A DNA stretch of 64,000 nt from an uncultured Alphaproteobacteria bacterium (GTDB lineage Bacteria > Pseudomonadota > Alphaproteobacteria > Rhizobiales > Ancalomicrobiaceae): assembly GCA_937892955.1 (NCBI GenBank), contig CALBKH010000096.1, positions 7,621 through 71,620 of the forward strand, written 5' to 3'. The notes below the pieces were generated by a model. It searched no databases. It was not told where the DNA came from and worked only from the letters and a program-made list of their open reading frames with translations. Shown here piece by piece: positions 20,622-29,412 of the stretch. The first letter of the stretch is position 1; each line of letters opens with the position of its first letter. Made by a program: the position numbers and the translations under genes.

Positions 20622-22469
20622 ATGTCCTGGCAACGCAAGATCCTGCGCGTCGACCTGACCGCCGGCACCTGCACCCCCGAAGACCTCAACATGGACTGGG
20701 CGCACGAGTATCTCGGCTCCCGCGGACTCGGGACGAAGTATTTCGTCGAGGAGGTCGGCGCCAAGGTCGACCCGCTGTCGCCCGCCAACAAGCTGATCTT
20801 CGCCACCGGGCCGCTCACCGGCACGATGGCTTCGACCGGCGGCCGCTACACCGTCATCACCAAGGGCCCGCTCACCGGCGCCATCGCCTGCTCCAACTCG
20901 GGCGGCTACTTCGGCGCCGAGTTGAAGATGGCCGGCTGGGACATGGTCATCCTCGAGGGCAGGTCGCCGAAGCCGGTCTATCTCCACATCGAGAACGACA
21001 CGGCCGAACTCGTCGACGCCGCGGAGATCTGGGGCACGTCGGTGTGGCACACCGAGGAGCACCTGAAGAAGAAGCATCAGGACCCGCTGATGCGCGTCTC
21101 CTCGTGCGGCCGCGCCGCCGAGCAGGGCTGCCTCTACGCCGCGGTGGTCAACGACCTGCACCGCGCCGCCGGCCGCTCCGGCGTCGGCACCGTGATGGCC
21201 TCGAAGAACCTCAAGGCGATCGCGGTGCGCGGCACCAAGGGCGTCGCCACCATCCGTGACCCGAAGGCCTTCATGGAGGCCACCAAGGCGGGCAAGAAGG
21301 TGCTCGCCGACAACGCGGTCACCGGCCAGGGCCTGCCGGCCTACGGCACCCAGGTGCTGATGAACGTCATCAACGAGATCGGCGCGCTGCCGACCCGCAA
21401 CCATCGCGACATCCAGTTCGAAGGCGCGCGGGACATCTCGGCAGAAGCCATGGCCGAGAAGCGTCCGACCGACGGCAAGGCCAATCTGGTCACCAACCAG
21501 GCCTGCTTCGGCTGCACCATCGCCTGCGGCCGCATCTCCCAGCTCGACAAGACGCACTACACCGTCGTCACCAAGCCGCAGTACTGGGGCGCCTCCGGCG
21601 GCCTCGAATACGAAGCGGCCTGGGCGCTGGGCGCCGCCAACGGCGTCGACGACCTCGAGGCGCTGACCTACGCCAACTTCATCTGCAACGAGGACGGCTT
21701 CGATCCGATCTCCTTCGGCGCCACCGTCGGCGCGGTGATGGAGCTCTATCAGATGGGCGTCCTCACCAAGGAGCAGATCGGCATCGAGGCGCCGTTCGGC
21801 TCGGCCCGGGCGCTGACGTTCCTGGCGGAGAAGGTGGCGCTCGGCGAGGGCTTCGGCCGCGAAGTCGCCATGGGTTCGAAGCGGCTCTGCGAGAAGTACG
21901 GCCATCCGGACCTGTCGATGTCGGTCAAGGGCCAGGAATTCCCGGCCTACGACAGCCGCGGCATCCAGGGCATGGGCCTGACCTACGCCACCTCCAACCG
22001 CGGCGCCTGCCACCTGCGCAGCTACACCGTGGCCTCGGAAGTGCTGGGCATCCCGATCAAGACCGACCCGTTGGCGACCGAAGGCAAGGCGGGCCTCGTC
22101 AAGGCCTTCCAGGATGCCACCGCCGCCTTCGACTCGGCCGGCATCTGCATCTTCACCTCCTTCGCCTGGACGCTGGCGGACGTCGCACCGCAGCTGCAGG
22201 CCGCCTGTGAAGGCGACTGGAGCCTGGAGAACCTGGAGAAGGTCGGCGAACGCATCTGGAACATGGAGCGCATGTTCAACAACGCCGCCGGCTTCACTTC
22301 GAAGGACGACAGCCTGCCCAAGCGCCTCCTGACCGAACCGGCCAAGACCGGCCCGGCCAAGGGTCTGGTCAACGGCCTCGACAAGATGCTGCCGGAATAC
22401 TACCAGCTGCGCGGCTGGACGCAGGATGGCGTGCCGACCAACGAGACGCGCGTGCGCCTCGGGCTCTGA
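20622..22469 (+). CDS. aorB: tungsten-dependent aldehyde:ferredoxin-type oxidoreductase, catalytic subunit (AorB-type)
   Basis: Track ORF 19974..22469 trimmed to ATG 20622 (MSWQRKILRVDLTAGTCTPEDLN...), giving 615 aa. AOR-family features: N-terminal AFOR_N-like segment, CFGCTIAC 4Fe-4S ligands, GLEYEAAWALG, DSRGIQGMGLTYATSNRGACHLRSY, GICIFTSF. Confidence 0.9.
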   Translation: MSWQRKILRVDLTAGTCTPEDLNMDWAHEYLGSRGLGTKYFVEEVGAKVDPLSPANKLIFATGPLTGTMASTGGRYTVITKGPLTGAIACSNSGGYFGAELKMAGWDMVILEGRSPKPVYLHIENDTAELVDAAEIWGTSVWHTEEHLKKKHQDPLMRVSSCGRAAEQGCLYAAVVNDLHRAAGRSGVGTVMASKNLKAIAVRGTKGVATIRDPKAFMEATKAGKKVLADNAVTGQGLPAYGTQVLMNVINEIGALPTRNHRDIQFEGARDISAEAMAEKRPTDGKANLVTNQACFGCTIACGRISQLDKTHYTVVTKPQYWGASGGLEYEAAWALGAANGVDDLEALTYANFICNEDGFDPISFGATVGAVMELYQMGVLTKEQIGIEAPFGSARALTFLAEKVALGEGFGREVAMGSKRLCEKYGHPDLSMSVKGQEFPAYDSRGIQGMGLTYATSNRGACHLRSYTVASEVLGIPIKTDPLATEGKAGLVKAFQDATAAFDSAGICIFTSFAWTLADVAPQLQAACEGDWSLENLEKVGERIWNMERMFNNAAGFTSKDDSLPKRLLTEPAKTGPAKGLVNGLDKMLPEYYQLRGWTQDGVPTNETRVRLGL

Positions 22470-22552
22470 CCACGCCCCATCATCGCGGGCCGCGCGGGGC
22501 GAGACCTCCGCGCGGCTCTCTTCGTCCGAGACCGGACCTGCGGGAGCGCCTC

Positions 22553-23821
22553 ATGAGACACGTCATCATCGGCAACGGTCCGACCGGTGTCGTCGCCGCC
22601 GAAACCATCCGCAAGAAGAACCCGACCGACGAGATCGTCATCGTCGGCGACGAACACGAGCGGCCCTATTCGCGCATGGCGATCCCCTACCTGCTGGAGG
22701 GCAAGATCGCCGAGAGCGGCACGCTGCTGCGCCACGATCCGCACCATTGGGAACGGACCGGCATCTCCCTCGTCGAAGCGCGCGCCACCTCGATCGACGC
22801 GGCGGCGGGTCGGGTGTCGCTGTCGAACGGCGACGCCCTCCCCTACGACCGGCTGCTGATCGCCACCGGCTCGCACCCCGTCCGCCCGCCGATCCCGGGT
22901 ATGGACCTTCCCGACGTCGTCTCCTGTTGGACGCTCGACGACGCCCGCAAGATCCAGGACCGCCTGCGCCCCGGCGCCAAGGTGCTGCAGATGGGCGCCG
23001 GCTTCATCGGCATGATCATCATGGAGGCGATCGCCACCACGGTGAACAAGACCGGCGGCAAGCTCACCGTCGTCGAGATGGGCGACCGCGTCGTGCCGCG
23101 GATGATGACGCCCGAGGCGAGCCGGCTCATCCAGGGCTGGAGCGAGAAGGCCGGCGTCGAGATCCTCTGTTCGACCCGCGTCGCCTCGGTCGCGGCGAAG
23201 GCGAGTGGCGGTCTCACCGTCACCTTCGGCGACGGCGCGTCGCGCGACTTCGACTTCGTCATCTGCGCCACCGGCGTGGTGCCGACCATCGACTACCTGA
23301 AGGGCTCCGGCGTCGAGATCGGCAAGCTCGGCGGCATCGTCGTCGACGCCCGCATGCAGACCACGGTCCCCGACATCTACGCCGCCGGCGACTGCACCGA
23401 GTCGGTCGATCTCTCCACCGGTGAGTTCATGGTCAACGCCATCCAGCCCAACGCCGCCGATCAGGCGCTGGTCGCCGGCGCCAACATGGCCGGCGGCGCT
23501 GCCCTCACCCGCGGCGGCCTCAGGATGAACGTGCTCGAGACCTTCGGTCTGATCTCCACCTCCTACGGCCAGTGGTGGGGCGCGGAAGGCGGCGAGCACG
23601 TCGAGGAGGTCGACGCCGACGAATTCCGCTACATCCGGCTGGAGTTCATGGGCGATCGAGTGATCGGCGCCACCGTGGTCGGCCGCACCCACCACATCGG
23701 CGCCCTGCGCGGCCTCATCCAGACCGGCGTCAAGTTGACGGCGGAGTGGAAGGCGCGCCTGATGACCGACCCGAACAAGTTCATGGACGCCTACCTCGCC
23801 TGCGGGCAGTCGGCGGCCTGA
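22553..23821 (+). CDS. aorC: FAD/NAD(P)-dependent pyridine nucleotide-disulfide oxidoreductase-family subunit (AorC-type)
   Basis: 422-aa ORF with two Rossmann dinucleotide motifs (VIIGNGPTGVVAAE and VLQMGAGFIGMIIME) plus the AAGDC motif. Lies directly downstream of aorB. Confidence 0.8.
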   Translation: MRHVIIGNGPTGVVAAETIRKKNPTDEIVIVGDEHERPYSRMAIPYLLEGKIAESGTLLRHDPHHWERTGISLVEARATSIDAAAGRVSLSNGDALPYDRLLIATGSHPVRPPIPGMDLPDVVSCWTLDDARKIQDRLRPGAKVLQMGAGFIGMIIMEAIATTVNKTGGKLTVVEMGDRVVPRMMTPEASRLIQGWSEKAGVEILCSTRVASVAAKASGGLTVTFGDGASRDFDFVICATGVVPTIDYLKGSGVEIGKLGGIVVDARMQTTVPDIYAAGDCTESVDLSTGEFMVNAIQPNAADQALVAGANMAGGAALTRGGLRMNVLETFGLISTSYGQWWGAEGGEHVEEVDADEFRYIRLEFMGDRVIGATVVGRTHHIGALRGLIQTGVKLTAEWKARLMTDPNKFMDAYLACGQSAA

Positions 23822-23826
23822 TCCGA

Positions 23827-23849
23827 GGTTCGAACGATCCGTTCGAGCC
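23827..23849 (+). terminator. possible attenuator or partial terminator after aorC
   Basis: GGTTCGAACG atc CGTTCGAGCC (9 of 10 complementary) followed by TCTTC. It lies in a 243-bp gap before the next ORF. Confidence 0.3.
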
Positions 23850-24064
23850 TCTTCGGCGGTGCAGCGATGCCGCCTCGCCCGACGGTGGGCGGCTTCGACG
23901 AGGGGGTTCGGCGTCGCGAAGGACCCGCCGAATCCCGAAGCCGAGAAACATGCGAGAAAATACCTAGATCACCCCTTGATCCGTCGCATCGTCGCGCCAG
24001 ATCACAAGACGACGGCGGGGAAACTCGCCGGACGGCTGGTCGAAGGGGGGCCGAGGAGGACCCG

Positions 24065-24367
24065 ATGATCCATTCTCTTCCGATGAGGGGGTTGGTGCCG
24101 GAGACCGGTCGGACCGTGACGATCACGTTCAAGCTCTTCGCCCTGCTCGAGCGCTTCCTGCCCGAGGGTGCGAGCCGCAACGAGATCCGACTGTCGGTAC
24201 CCGACGCCACCACGCCGGGTGCCATCATCGCCGCCCTCGACCTGCCGGTGGCGCTCTGCGCCCTCGTCATCCTCAACGGTGTCTTCGTCCCTCCGGAGGC
24301 CCGTGATACGCAGGCCCTCGTCGACGGCGATGTTCTGGCGATCTGGCCGCCGATCGCCGGTGGCTGA
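24065..24367 (+). CDS. MoaD-like sulfur-carrier protein with C-terminal Gly-Gly (AorD-like)
   Basis: Track ORF 23867..24367 trimmed to ATG 24065, with GAGGAGGA 4 nt upstream. The protein reads MIHSLPMRGLVPETGRTVTITFKLFALLERFLPEG...LVDGDVLAIWPPIAGG, with ThiS/MoaD beta-grasp length and a terminal GG. Confidence 0.75.
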   Translation: MIHSLPMRGLVPETGRTVTITFKLFALLERFLPEGASRNEIRLSVPDATTPGAIIAALDLPVALCALVILNGVFVPPEARDTQALVDGDVLAIWPPIAGG

Positions 24368-24710
24368 TCGCATCAATCCCCCGCAAGGCAACTGGCCCCT
24401 GGTTCCCTCCCCGGAACCGGGGGTCTTCGTCGTGACCTACGAGATGGCGTTGACGCCGGCCGAACTGCACCGGCTGGCGGTGCATCTCGACGGCGGGGCG
24501 GAGATGGAACGCGGCGAGCGCTTCGCCGCGGCGCGTCTCGCCGACGGGAGGGCATGGCGGATCACGCTGGGTCCCGAACGCGAGCGCCGCATCGCCCTGA
24601 TGCGCTTCCCCATCTGCGACGCCGAGATCCGCCTCGAAGGCTTCGAACGCCCGGCGGCCGATGCCTTCCTGACGCGGTTCCACAAGGTCTTCCAGAAGGG
24701 CGGCGGCTGA
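24360..24710 (+). CDS. small conserved-looking protein of unknown function ending in GGG
   Basis: Same frame as track ORF 24168..24710. A candidate GTG start at 24360 overlaps the MoaD-like stop (GGTGGCTGA). GC3 is high throughout. The protein ends ...FLTRFHKVFQKGGG. The start is uncertain; an alternative ATG gives MALTPAELHRL. Confidence 0.5.
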   Translation: MADRINPPQGNWPLVPSPEPGVFVVTYEMALTPAELHRLAVHLDGGAEMERGERFAAARLADGRAWRITLGPERERRIALMRFPICDAEIRLEGFERPAADAFLTRFHKVFQKGGG

Positions 24711-24743
24711 CCCCGCGGGGTGTCCCCGCCCGCGACGCCGCGA

Positions 24744-25805
24744 TCAGTCGACCGCCTCGACTTCGACGCTGCCGCCGTCGCGCGCCGCCCGCGCAATCGC
24801 CTCGATCACCGCCAGGGTGCGGGCGCCGTCGACGAGGCTGCAACGCGGCGTCTCGCCGTCTCGGATCACCCGGCGGAAATGGGCGACCTGCTCGACGAGC
24901 GGGTCGACCGGCTCGGGGGCGAGCGACGAGCGCTCGAGCGGCTCCCACCATCCCGCCTTCGTGCCGTAGCGCCACAGCGTCAGGTCGGGCAGCGACAGCG
25001 CCCCGCGGGTGCCGGCGATGTGGAAACAGTGCTCGCTCTGCCGCGGATAGACCGGCGCCTCGCCCGCTGTCATCTCCCAACTCCACGGCGCCGCGGCGGT
25101 GTCGGAGAGGAGGAAGGTGCCGAGTGCCCCGCCGGCGAAGCGAACCAGCACCGCGGCGGTGTCCTCGACCTCGAAGCCGCGACGGACGTTCGAGGTGATC
25201 GCCTGGACATGCGTGATCTCGCCGACGATGGCGCGGATCAGATCGACATCGTGGACGAGGTTGATCAGGATCGGTCCGGCGCCGGCACGACGACGCCAGG
25301 CGACATCGAAATAGTCGTCGGGTTTGAGGAACAGGGTGAGCCCGGAGACCGCCACCGGCGTGCCGATGTCGCCGCGCGCCACGATCTCCTGCGCGCCGCG
25401 CACGATCGAGCCGTGGCGGCGGTGATGGCCGACGAGCACCGGCACCCCGACGTCCCGGGCCGCTGCGATCATCCGCCGGGCGGCGGCGAGATCGCCGGCC
25501 ACCGGCTTCTCGACCAGCAGCGGCAGGCGATGAGCGAGGACCGCGAGGGTGCCCTCCTCGTGCAGCTGATTGGGCGTGGCGAGGATCACCCCTTCCGGCC
25601 GGGTGTCGGTGATCGCCCGTTCGAGATCGGCGAAATGCGGTGCGCCGTATTCGGCGGCGACGGTCGCCCCGGCGACGGCCGGATCGACGATGCCGACGAG
25701 CCGACACATGGGATCGGCGGCGAGACGCGCCGCATGGACGCGGCCGATCAGCCCGGCGCCGACGAGGAGGATGCGGACGGGTTCGGTGGATCCGCTGGTG
25801 TTCAT
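24744..25805 (-). CDS. Gfo/Idh/MocA-family NAD(P)-dependent oxidoreductase
   Basis: C-terminal 353 aa of the artefactual 883-aa track ORF. It starts at ATG 25805 (MNTSGSTEPVRILLVGAGLIGRVHAARLAADP...LVEKPVAGDL...), showing the Rossmann GxGxxG and EKP motifs of the family. Confidence 0.85.
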   Translation of the reverse strand: MNTSGSTEPVRILLVGAGLIGRVHAARLAADPMCRLVGIVDPAVAGATVAAEYGAPHFADLERAITDTRPEGVILATPNQLHEEGTLAVLAHRLPLLVEKPVAGDLAAARRMIAAARDVGVPVLVGHHRRHGSIVRGAQEIVARGDIGTPVAVSGLTLFLKPDDYFDVAWRRRAGAGPILINLVHDVDLIRAIVGEITHVQAITSNVRRGFEVEDTAAVLVRFAGGALGTFLLSDTAAAPWSWEMTAGEAPVYPRQSEHCFHIAGTRGALSLPDLTLWRYGTKAGWWEPLERSSLAPEPVDPLVEQVAHFRRVIRDGETPRCSLVDGARTLAVIEAIARAARDGGSVEVEAVD

Positions 25806-25849
25806 CGATCGATCGCTCCCTCCCGCCTGCCGAACGTCGCTCGTCGTCG

Positions 25850-26593
25850 TCACGCCGCCGCCTCGGCGAGCGAACCGCCGAGGAAGAGCTGGCCGACGCG
25901 CGGGTCGTTCAGGATCTTGTCGGCCCGGTCGAACATACGCGTCCGGCCGAGCTCGAGCACCAGTCCCCAATCGGACATCGCCAGCGCCGAACGGGCGTTC
26001 TGCTCGATCATCAGGATCGAGACGCCCTGGTCGCGCTGTTCGATGAGGAAGCGGAAGGTCTCCTCGACGAGCAGCGGCGACAGGCCGATCGACGGCTCGT
26101 CGATGAGGATCAGCTTCGGGTCGAGCAGCAGGCCGCGGGCGATCTCGAGCTGCTTCTGTTGTCCCCCCGACAGCGTCCCGGCCTGGACGTCGCGCTTCTC
26201 GCGCAGCGCCGGGAAGCGGTCGAGCGCCTTGTCGATCCGGGCCGGCATGTCGGTGAGGCCGCGCCCGGCGGCGATGCCGCCGAGCTCGATGTTGTGGAAC
26301 ACCGACAGCTCCGGGAAGATGTTGCGGCCCTGCGGCACGTAACAGATCCCCGCCTCCAGCAGGGCGCGCGGTTCGAGGTTGGTGACGTCGCGCCCGGCGT
26401 ACGCGACGCGCCCCTCCCGCGCGCGAAGAAGCCCGAACAACGTCTTGAAGACGGTGGACTTTCCCGCGCCGTTCGGGCCGATCACGGTGGTGATCGAGCC
26501 CTTCGGAACTTCGAAGGTGGTGCCGTTGAGGATGGTCATCTTGCCGTAGCCGGCGACGAGACCTTCGACCCTCAGGATCGGTTCTTCGCTCAT
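25850..26593 (-). CDS. ABC transporter ATP-binding protein, LivF-like (HAAT family)
   Basis: 247-aa ORF with Walker A GPNGAGKST, signature LSGGQQKQL and Walker B LILIDEPS. Confidence 0.9.
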   Translation of the reverse strand: MSEEPILRVEGLVAGYGKMTILNGTTFEVPKGSITTVIGPNGAGKSTVFKTLFGLLRAREGRVAYAGRDVTNLEPRALLEAGICYVPQGRNIFPELSVFHNIELGGIAAGRGLTDMPARIDKALDRFPALREKRDVQAGTLSGGQQKQLEIARGLLLDPKLILIDEPSIGLSPLLVEETFRFLIEQRDQGVSILMIEQNARSALAMSDWGLVLELGRTRMFDRADKILNDPRVGQLFLGGSLAEAAA

Positions 26594-26596
26594 GGC

Positions 26597-27340
26597 TCAG
26601 TGTCCCAGATAGGCTTCGACGACGGCCGGATCGGCACGGACTTCGGCCGGTGTTCCCTGCGCCAACACCCGGCCCTCGGCCATGACGACGACGCGCGAGC
26701 ACAGGCTCATGACGAAGTCCATGTTGTGTTCGATGACGACGAAGGTCGCCCCCTGCTCGCGGTTGATCGCCTCCAGCCGCTCCTTCAGCGCCGCCAGCAT
26801 GGTCGGGTTGACGCCGCCGGCCGGCTCGTCGAGCAGCACCAGCTTCGGCCCGGCCATGAAGGCCATCGCCGCGTCGAGCAGCTTCTGCTGGCCGTAGGAG
26901 AGGCCGCCGGCCTTCTGATCGGCGAGATGATCGAGCTCGAAGAAGGCGATCATCCGATTCGCCGCATCGGTGAGCCCGGCATCGCCGCGGCCGAAGAGGC
27001 GGGAGAGCTTGGTGCCCCGGTGCTCCTGGCCGGCGAGGATGAGGTTCTCGCGCACCGACAGGGTCGGGAAGACCTGGAGGAGCTGAAAGGTGCGGCTGAC
27101 GCCGAGCTTGGCGAGCTCGGACGGGTAGAGGCCGGTGACCGGCCGCCCCTCCAAGAGCACCTCGCCGTCGGTCGGCGTGAGCTGGCCGAGGATGCAGTTG
27201 AACAGGGTCGACTTGCCGCAACCGTTGGGGCCGATGATGCCGAGGATCTCGCCCTTGTTCACGTGGAAGTCGACACCGTCGACGGCGCGGATGCCGCCGA
27301 AGTACTTCCGCATGCCCTTCACTTCGAGAACGCGGGTCAT
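26597..27340 (-). CDS. ABC transporter ATP-binding protein, LivG-like (HAAT family)
   Basis: 247-aa ORF with Walker A GPNGCGKST, signature LSYGQQKLL, Walker B LVLLDEPAGG and a LivG-type C-terminus (VVEAYLGH). Confidence 0.9.
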   Translation of the reverse strand: MTRVLEVKGMRKYFGGIRAVDGVDFHVNKGEILGIIGPNGCGKSTLFNCILGQLTPTDGEVLLEGRPVTGLYPSELAKLGVSRTFQLLQVFPTLSVRENLILAGQEHRGTKLSRLFGRGDAGLTDAANRMIAFFELDHLADQKAGGLSYGQQKLLDAAMAFMAGPKLVLLDEPAGGVNPTMLAALKERLEAINREQGATFVVIEHNMDFVMSLCSRVVVMAEGRVLAQGTPAEVRADPAVVEAYLGH

Positions 27341-28341
27341 CGGGCCTCACTCCCCTCCAGCATCGGACGGGCGGCGGCGCGCATCTCGGCAGCACGGCGT
27401 TGAGCCACGTGTTCGCGAGCGCGCTCGACGAGGCCGAGGATCCCGGTCGGGCTGAACACCAAGAGGATCAGCACCACCGAGGCGTAGACCAGCAGGTACC
27501 AGCCGCCGGTGGCGCGCAAGAGTTCCGGCAGCACGAAGGAGAGGAAAGCGCCGACGAACGGGCCGAGGAAGAAGCCCGAACCGCCGACCACCACCGTCAG
27601 CAGCATGACGAAGGAGGCGGAGATGGCGAAGGGCGCCGGATCGATGAACTCGACCAGCGGCGCATAGAGCGCCCCGGCGAAACCGCCCCAGGCGGAACCG
27701 ATGGCGAAGGCGAGGAGCGTGTAGGTGCGGATGTCGACGCCGAGCGAAGCCGCCCGCATCCAGTTCTCGCGCAGCGCCTGGAAGGCGCGGCCCCAGGGCG
27801 ACCGCAACAGCCACCACATGGCCAGCGACAGCCCCACCGTCACCACCAGCACGAAGCGGTAGAACGGCAGGGCGCGCGACAGGTCGAGCCCGAAGATCAC
27901 CGGTCGCGGGATGTTGGAGAAGCCGTAGACGCCGCCGGTCAGCCATTCCTCGTTGCGGGCGACGAGGAAGACGAACATGGCGAAGGCCAGCGTCACGAAG
28001 GCGAGATGGTGGAACTTGACCCTGAGCGCCGGAAAGCCGAGGACGACGCCGACGCCGAAGGACAGCGCCCCCGAGACGAGAAAGGCGACCGGCCACGCCA
28101 CGCCGTGGTTCTTGGTGAGGATCGCCGTCGTGTAGGCGCCGATGCCGACGAAGGCCGCCTGGGCGAGCGATTTCAGGCCGGCGTAGCCGAGGGTGAGGTT
28201 CAGCCCCATGGCGGCGATCGCCATCACCAGCCACAGCGACACGACGTAGAGGCCGTAGGCCTTGAAGCCGACCGGGATGAACCACAGGAGCGGCGCGGCG
28301 ATCGCGATCACCACGAGATTCGGGTCGAGGCGGCGGATCAT
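27337..28341 (-). CDS. ABC transporter permease, LivM-like
   Basis: Track ORF 27337..29403 trimmed to ATG 28341 (MIRRLDPNLVVIAIAAPLLWF...LNLTLGYAGLKSLAQAAFVGIGAYTTAIL). Polytopic. 4-nt overlaps with both neighbouring genes. Confidence 0.85.
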   Translation of the reverse strand: MIRRLDPNLVVIAIAAPLLWFIPVGFKAYGLYVVSLWLVMAIAAMGLNLTLGYAGLKSLAQAAFVGIGAYTTAILTKNHGVAWPVAFLVSGALSFGVGVVLGFPALRVKFHHLAFVTLAFAMFVFLVARNEEWLTGGVYGFSNIPRPVIFGLDLSRALPFYRFVLVVTVGLSLAMWWLLRSPWGRAFQALRENWMRAASLGVDIRTYTLLAFAIGSAWGGFAGALYAPLVEFIDPAPFAISASFVMLLTVVVGGSGFFLGPFVGAFLSFVLPELLRATGGWYLLVYASVVLILLVFSPTGILGLVERAREHVAQRRAAEMRAAARPMLEGSEAR

Positions 28342-29216
28342 ACGGTGCGCTCCTCGCGACGGCCGAGAAGACCCTCGGGCTTGAACAGGATGAAGACGAC
28401 GAGGAGGCCGAGCGGCACGGCGGTGCGGTAGCCCGACGAGACGTAGGCCGCGGCGAGATTGTCGACGAGGCCGACGATGAACCCGCCGGCGAGCGCGCCG
28501 CGCACCTGATTGAAGCCGCCGACGATCGCCGCGATGAAGGCGGAGAGGCCGATGACCTCGCCGTTGGAGAACTTGGCCAGATAGATCGGCGAGATCAGGT
28601 ACGAGGCGAACACCGCCAGCCCGGCGTTGATCAGGAAGGTCAACAGGATCATCCGCTCGACGCGGACGCCGAGGATGCGGGCGACCGTCGGGTTCTGCGC
28701 CGTCGCTTGCATGGTGCGGCCGAGCCGGGTGCGGGTGACGAAGAGCTGCAGCGCCACGATCGCGGCGATCGCCACGACGAAGACGGCGACGTCGCGGAGC
28801 GACACCGCCGCGCCGAGGAGCGAGAACGTGCCCTCCGGCACCATCGACGGGAACTGCGCCGCCTGCGCGGAGTAGCCGTCCTTCGCCCCTTCCTTCATCA
28901 GGATCGACAGCGCCATGGTGGCGATGGCGAGCGGCAGCACCCCGTGCTTCAGCATCGGGTCGACCAGGAAACGCTTGAAGCCGACGCCGAAGAGCAGGAG
29001 GAACACGGCCGTCGCCAGCATCGCCGCCGCCCAGAACGGCAGATGCAGCAGATCGCGGGCGGCGAGCGCCAGGATCGCCGGCAGCATGACGAACTCGCCT
29101 TGGGCGAAGTTGATCGTCTGCGAGGTCTGCCAGACCAGGGTGAAGCCGATCGCCGCGAGCGCGTAGATCGCGCCCGTGGCGAGACCGGCGACCAGCAGCT
29201 GGAGGAACTGATCCAT
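28338..29216 (-). CDS. ABC transporter permease, LivH-like
   Basis: Track ORF 28338..29372 trimmed to ATG 29216 (MDQFLQLLVAGLATGAIYALAAIGFTLVWQTSQTINFAQGEFVML), the canonical LivH N-terminus. Confidence 0.85.
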   Translation of the reverse strand: MDQFLQLLVAGLATGAIYALAAIGFTLVWQTSQTINFAQGEFVMLPAILALAARDLLHLPFWAAAMLATAVFLLLFGVGFKRFLVDPMLKHGVLPLAIATMALSILMKEGAKDGYSAQAAQFPSMVPEGTFSLLGAAVSLRDVAVFVVAIAAIVALQLFVTRTRLGRTMQATAQNPTVARILGVRVERMILLTFLINAGLAVFASYLISPIYLAKFSNGEVIGLSAFIAAIVGGFNQVRGALAGGFIVGLVDNLAAAYVSSGYRTAVPLGLLVVFILFKPEGLLGRREERTV

Positions 29217-29412
29217 CGGGGAACCTCGGGGTTCGGTGGCCCGGCCGCGCCGCGTCCCTCGCCGTTCGGGAAATGCCGCCGCATCCACCGGTCGGGCGTC
29301 GCGGTGGACATCCGCTCTTCGGAAGAGACGGGCGGGAGGACGATGTCCCCCCCGCGCCGTCAGGTGCGGCATTCGTCGTGGGAGTTCGGCGGATGCCGGT
29401 CACGGAGCCGGA

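Noticed and set aside
15155-24710. The idea that the tungsten island is a tRNA-Asp-integrated mobile genomic island
   Set aside because: I saw no integrase, recombinase, transposase or phage gene. By eye I also found no downstream direct repeat of the tRNA 3' end. Composition does not differ visibly from the flanks. Adjacency to the tRNA alone is insufficient.
24744-27395. 883-aa minus-strand ORF that seems to span three genes
   Set aside because: Only the C-terminal 353 aa (24744..25805) look like a real protein (Gfo/Idh/MocA). The upstream part overlaps the clearly real LivF-like and LivG-like genes in another frame and reads as Arg/Pro-rich noise.
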